Shown one piece after another: positions 34,658 to 36,121 of a stretch of DNA of 36,121 bases. Both the position numbers and the translations under genes were made by a program. The DNA is from Catajapyx aquilonaris (taxonomy: Eukaryota), in NCBI GenBank assembly GCA_000934665.2, contig JYFJ02003943.1, positions 1 to 36,121 of the forward strand, in the 5' to 3' direction. Under the pieces are notes generated by a model that worked only from the letters and a program-made list of their open reading frames with translations, did no database searches and had not been told where the DNA came from. Positions within the stretch are counted from its first letter, which is position 1. Every line of letters begins with the position of its first letter.

Positions 34658-36121
34658 CGGTTAGGAACCTATGCAGATGCCCTATAACAACATTTTGTTC
34701 ATGCAAGTACAGAGAAATAAATACAGGGTGTCCTGCAAGTCAGGACCCATAGCAGTTCAACACTGTGTAATAGGAAAATACTATGGATCCAGACGTGCGG
34801 GACACCCAACCCAGAGCTACGTCATGAATGTGACAAAAATGTCTGAAGGTGGAGCTTCACTTGATTTGTAATAGATTCTTATCCTCTTCTAGGTTAAGTC
34901 TTGAAAGGATGGTTTTGTCGAATTTTGTACCATTTTGTGTGTTTTCTACTTTGGGCATATTAAAGTGAACCATTTGGACTATATACTGTATTTGAGTAAC
35001 GGTTGTGTGTGGTTGACCAATGCTATGAAGAAATGAATGAATGAATGAACGAACGAACCTATACCATGCCTGACAAGGTCAAGATCAGGCAATAATGATG
35101 GGGTCATCTCAGAGTCACACAAGTAAACAACACAAATGAACACACCTGCAACAAAAATGAAGGAAACGACAATCCACAACCTTTTCCCCTAATCTCCAAG
35201 CTAATCTCCAGCCTTGCCATCTTGGAATCGCCAGACGAGGTTCAGTTAATAATTCACTTTTTAATTGCATCGCATATTATTTTGGATTAAACTAAATTAT
35301 TATCTGCAAATATAATCGTTCTAAATCTCTTTGAATAATTCAGTAGTCATCTCCCGGATGTTCAACTAGAACCGGACCAGCATAGATCCCCAATGTGTAA
35401 AGAAGATCTCTGGTACCAGTCTGCCATCAGTCCACTTCTGGTGACTTGTGGTTTGATTTTCCAAACACTTTGAGGCTTCTCTGAGACCAGATCAGCCCCA
35501 GGTTTGCTGCCGAGATTGTGCTGCATCCTCAGGGCCAAGAGGAGTCAACAATGGACTCAGCACGACCCCACATTATGAGGCTGGGTTGATGTTGGCCTGT
35601 TCCAGTCACAGTGTAGTGTCAGGTTACATCTGGAGAATTAAATACATGTAATTGGGGCTTAAGGAATTTAACAAGGTGCATGTTCGCTCCTCTGACTAAT
35701 TGGAGCAATGGGAACATGGCTTGTACTGGGTTTGTACTGTACAATTCAGTTTTTTTTACAGGTTTTGTTGTGTTCTACAGTGTTTTGTTGGGTGCTGCAT
35801 ATTAGTATTACTTCAGAAAGGGTCGATGGTAGAAAATGTCTATGGTAAGCAGCAAGGGAGTAGGCATCCCTTATCTGCTGCTGAAGAATACTTCCTCTTA
35901 CTAATCTGTCTATTCCAGCCGTTTCAAGGATACTTGTTGCCACTAGTTTTACAAGCACCTCAAGCACTGCAGCTGTCTCTTATCAGATGACATCATCATG
36001 TGAGGCTCTTGTAACATTAACATTAAAAGTGATAAATGTTAAGTGGCCATTGAAGTAATTGATTAGTTTTCACTTATTACTGGTACGAAGCAACTGAAAC
36101 TTGTCAACGCCGGAAGACTTG

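Noticed and set aside
35340..35990. Minus-strand terminal exons of a gene entering from the right
   Set aside because: Some splice-like sites exist, but in-frame stops and the lack of recognisable homology prevent a call.

Overview
Eukaryotic genomic DNA, most likely from an arthropod: AT-rich, with many short spliceosomal introns. Genes supported by the sequence are (1) the first coding exon of a signal-peptide-bearing gene on the minus strand, head-to-head with (2) a complete 16-coding-exon DNA ligase IV gene (LIG4, about 909 aa, 2347..7891); (3) a tRNA-Val(AAC) gene; (4) a Dmrt2/Dmrt11E-type DM-domain transcription factor ending in an eh1 motif; and (5) a gene with an intronless CDS for a leucine-rich-repeat protein carrying a BC-box/Cul2-box-like N-terminus. 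Introns and intergenic DNA hold MITEs, V-domain-like tRNA SINEs, many short palindromes and a ~960 bp foldback inverted repeat just after the LRR gene. The most unusual observation is LIG4 intron 2, which can only begin with AT (AG|ATGAGTAT) rather than GT. The second is a possible long dsRNA hairpin in the LRR gene 3' UTR. No clearly new multi-gene system could be established from sequence alone. All family assignments come from recalled motifs, not database searches.
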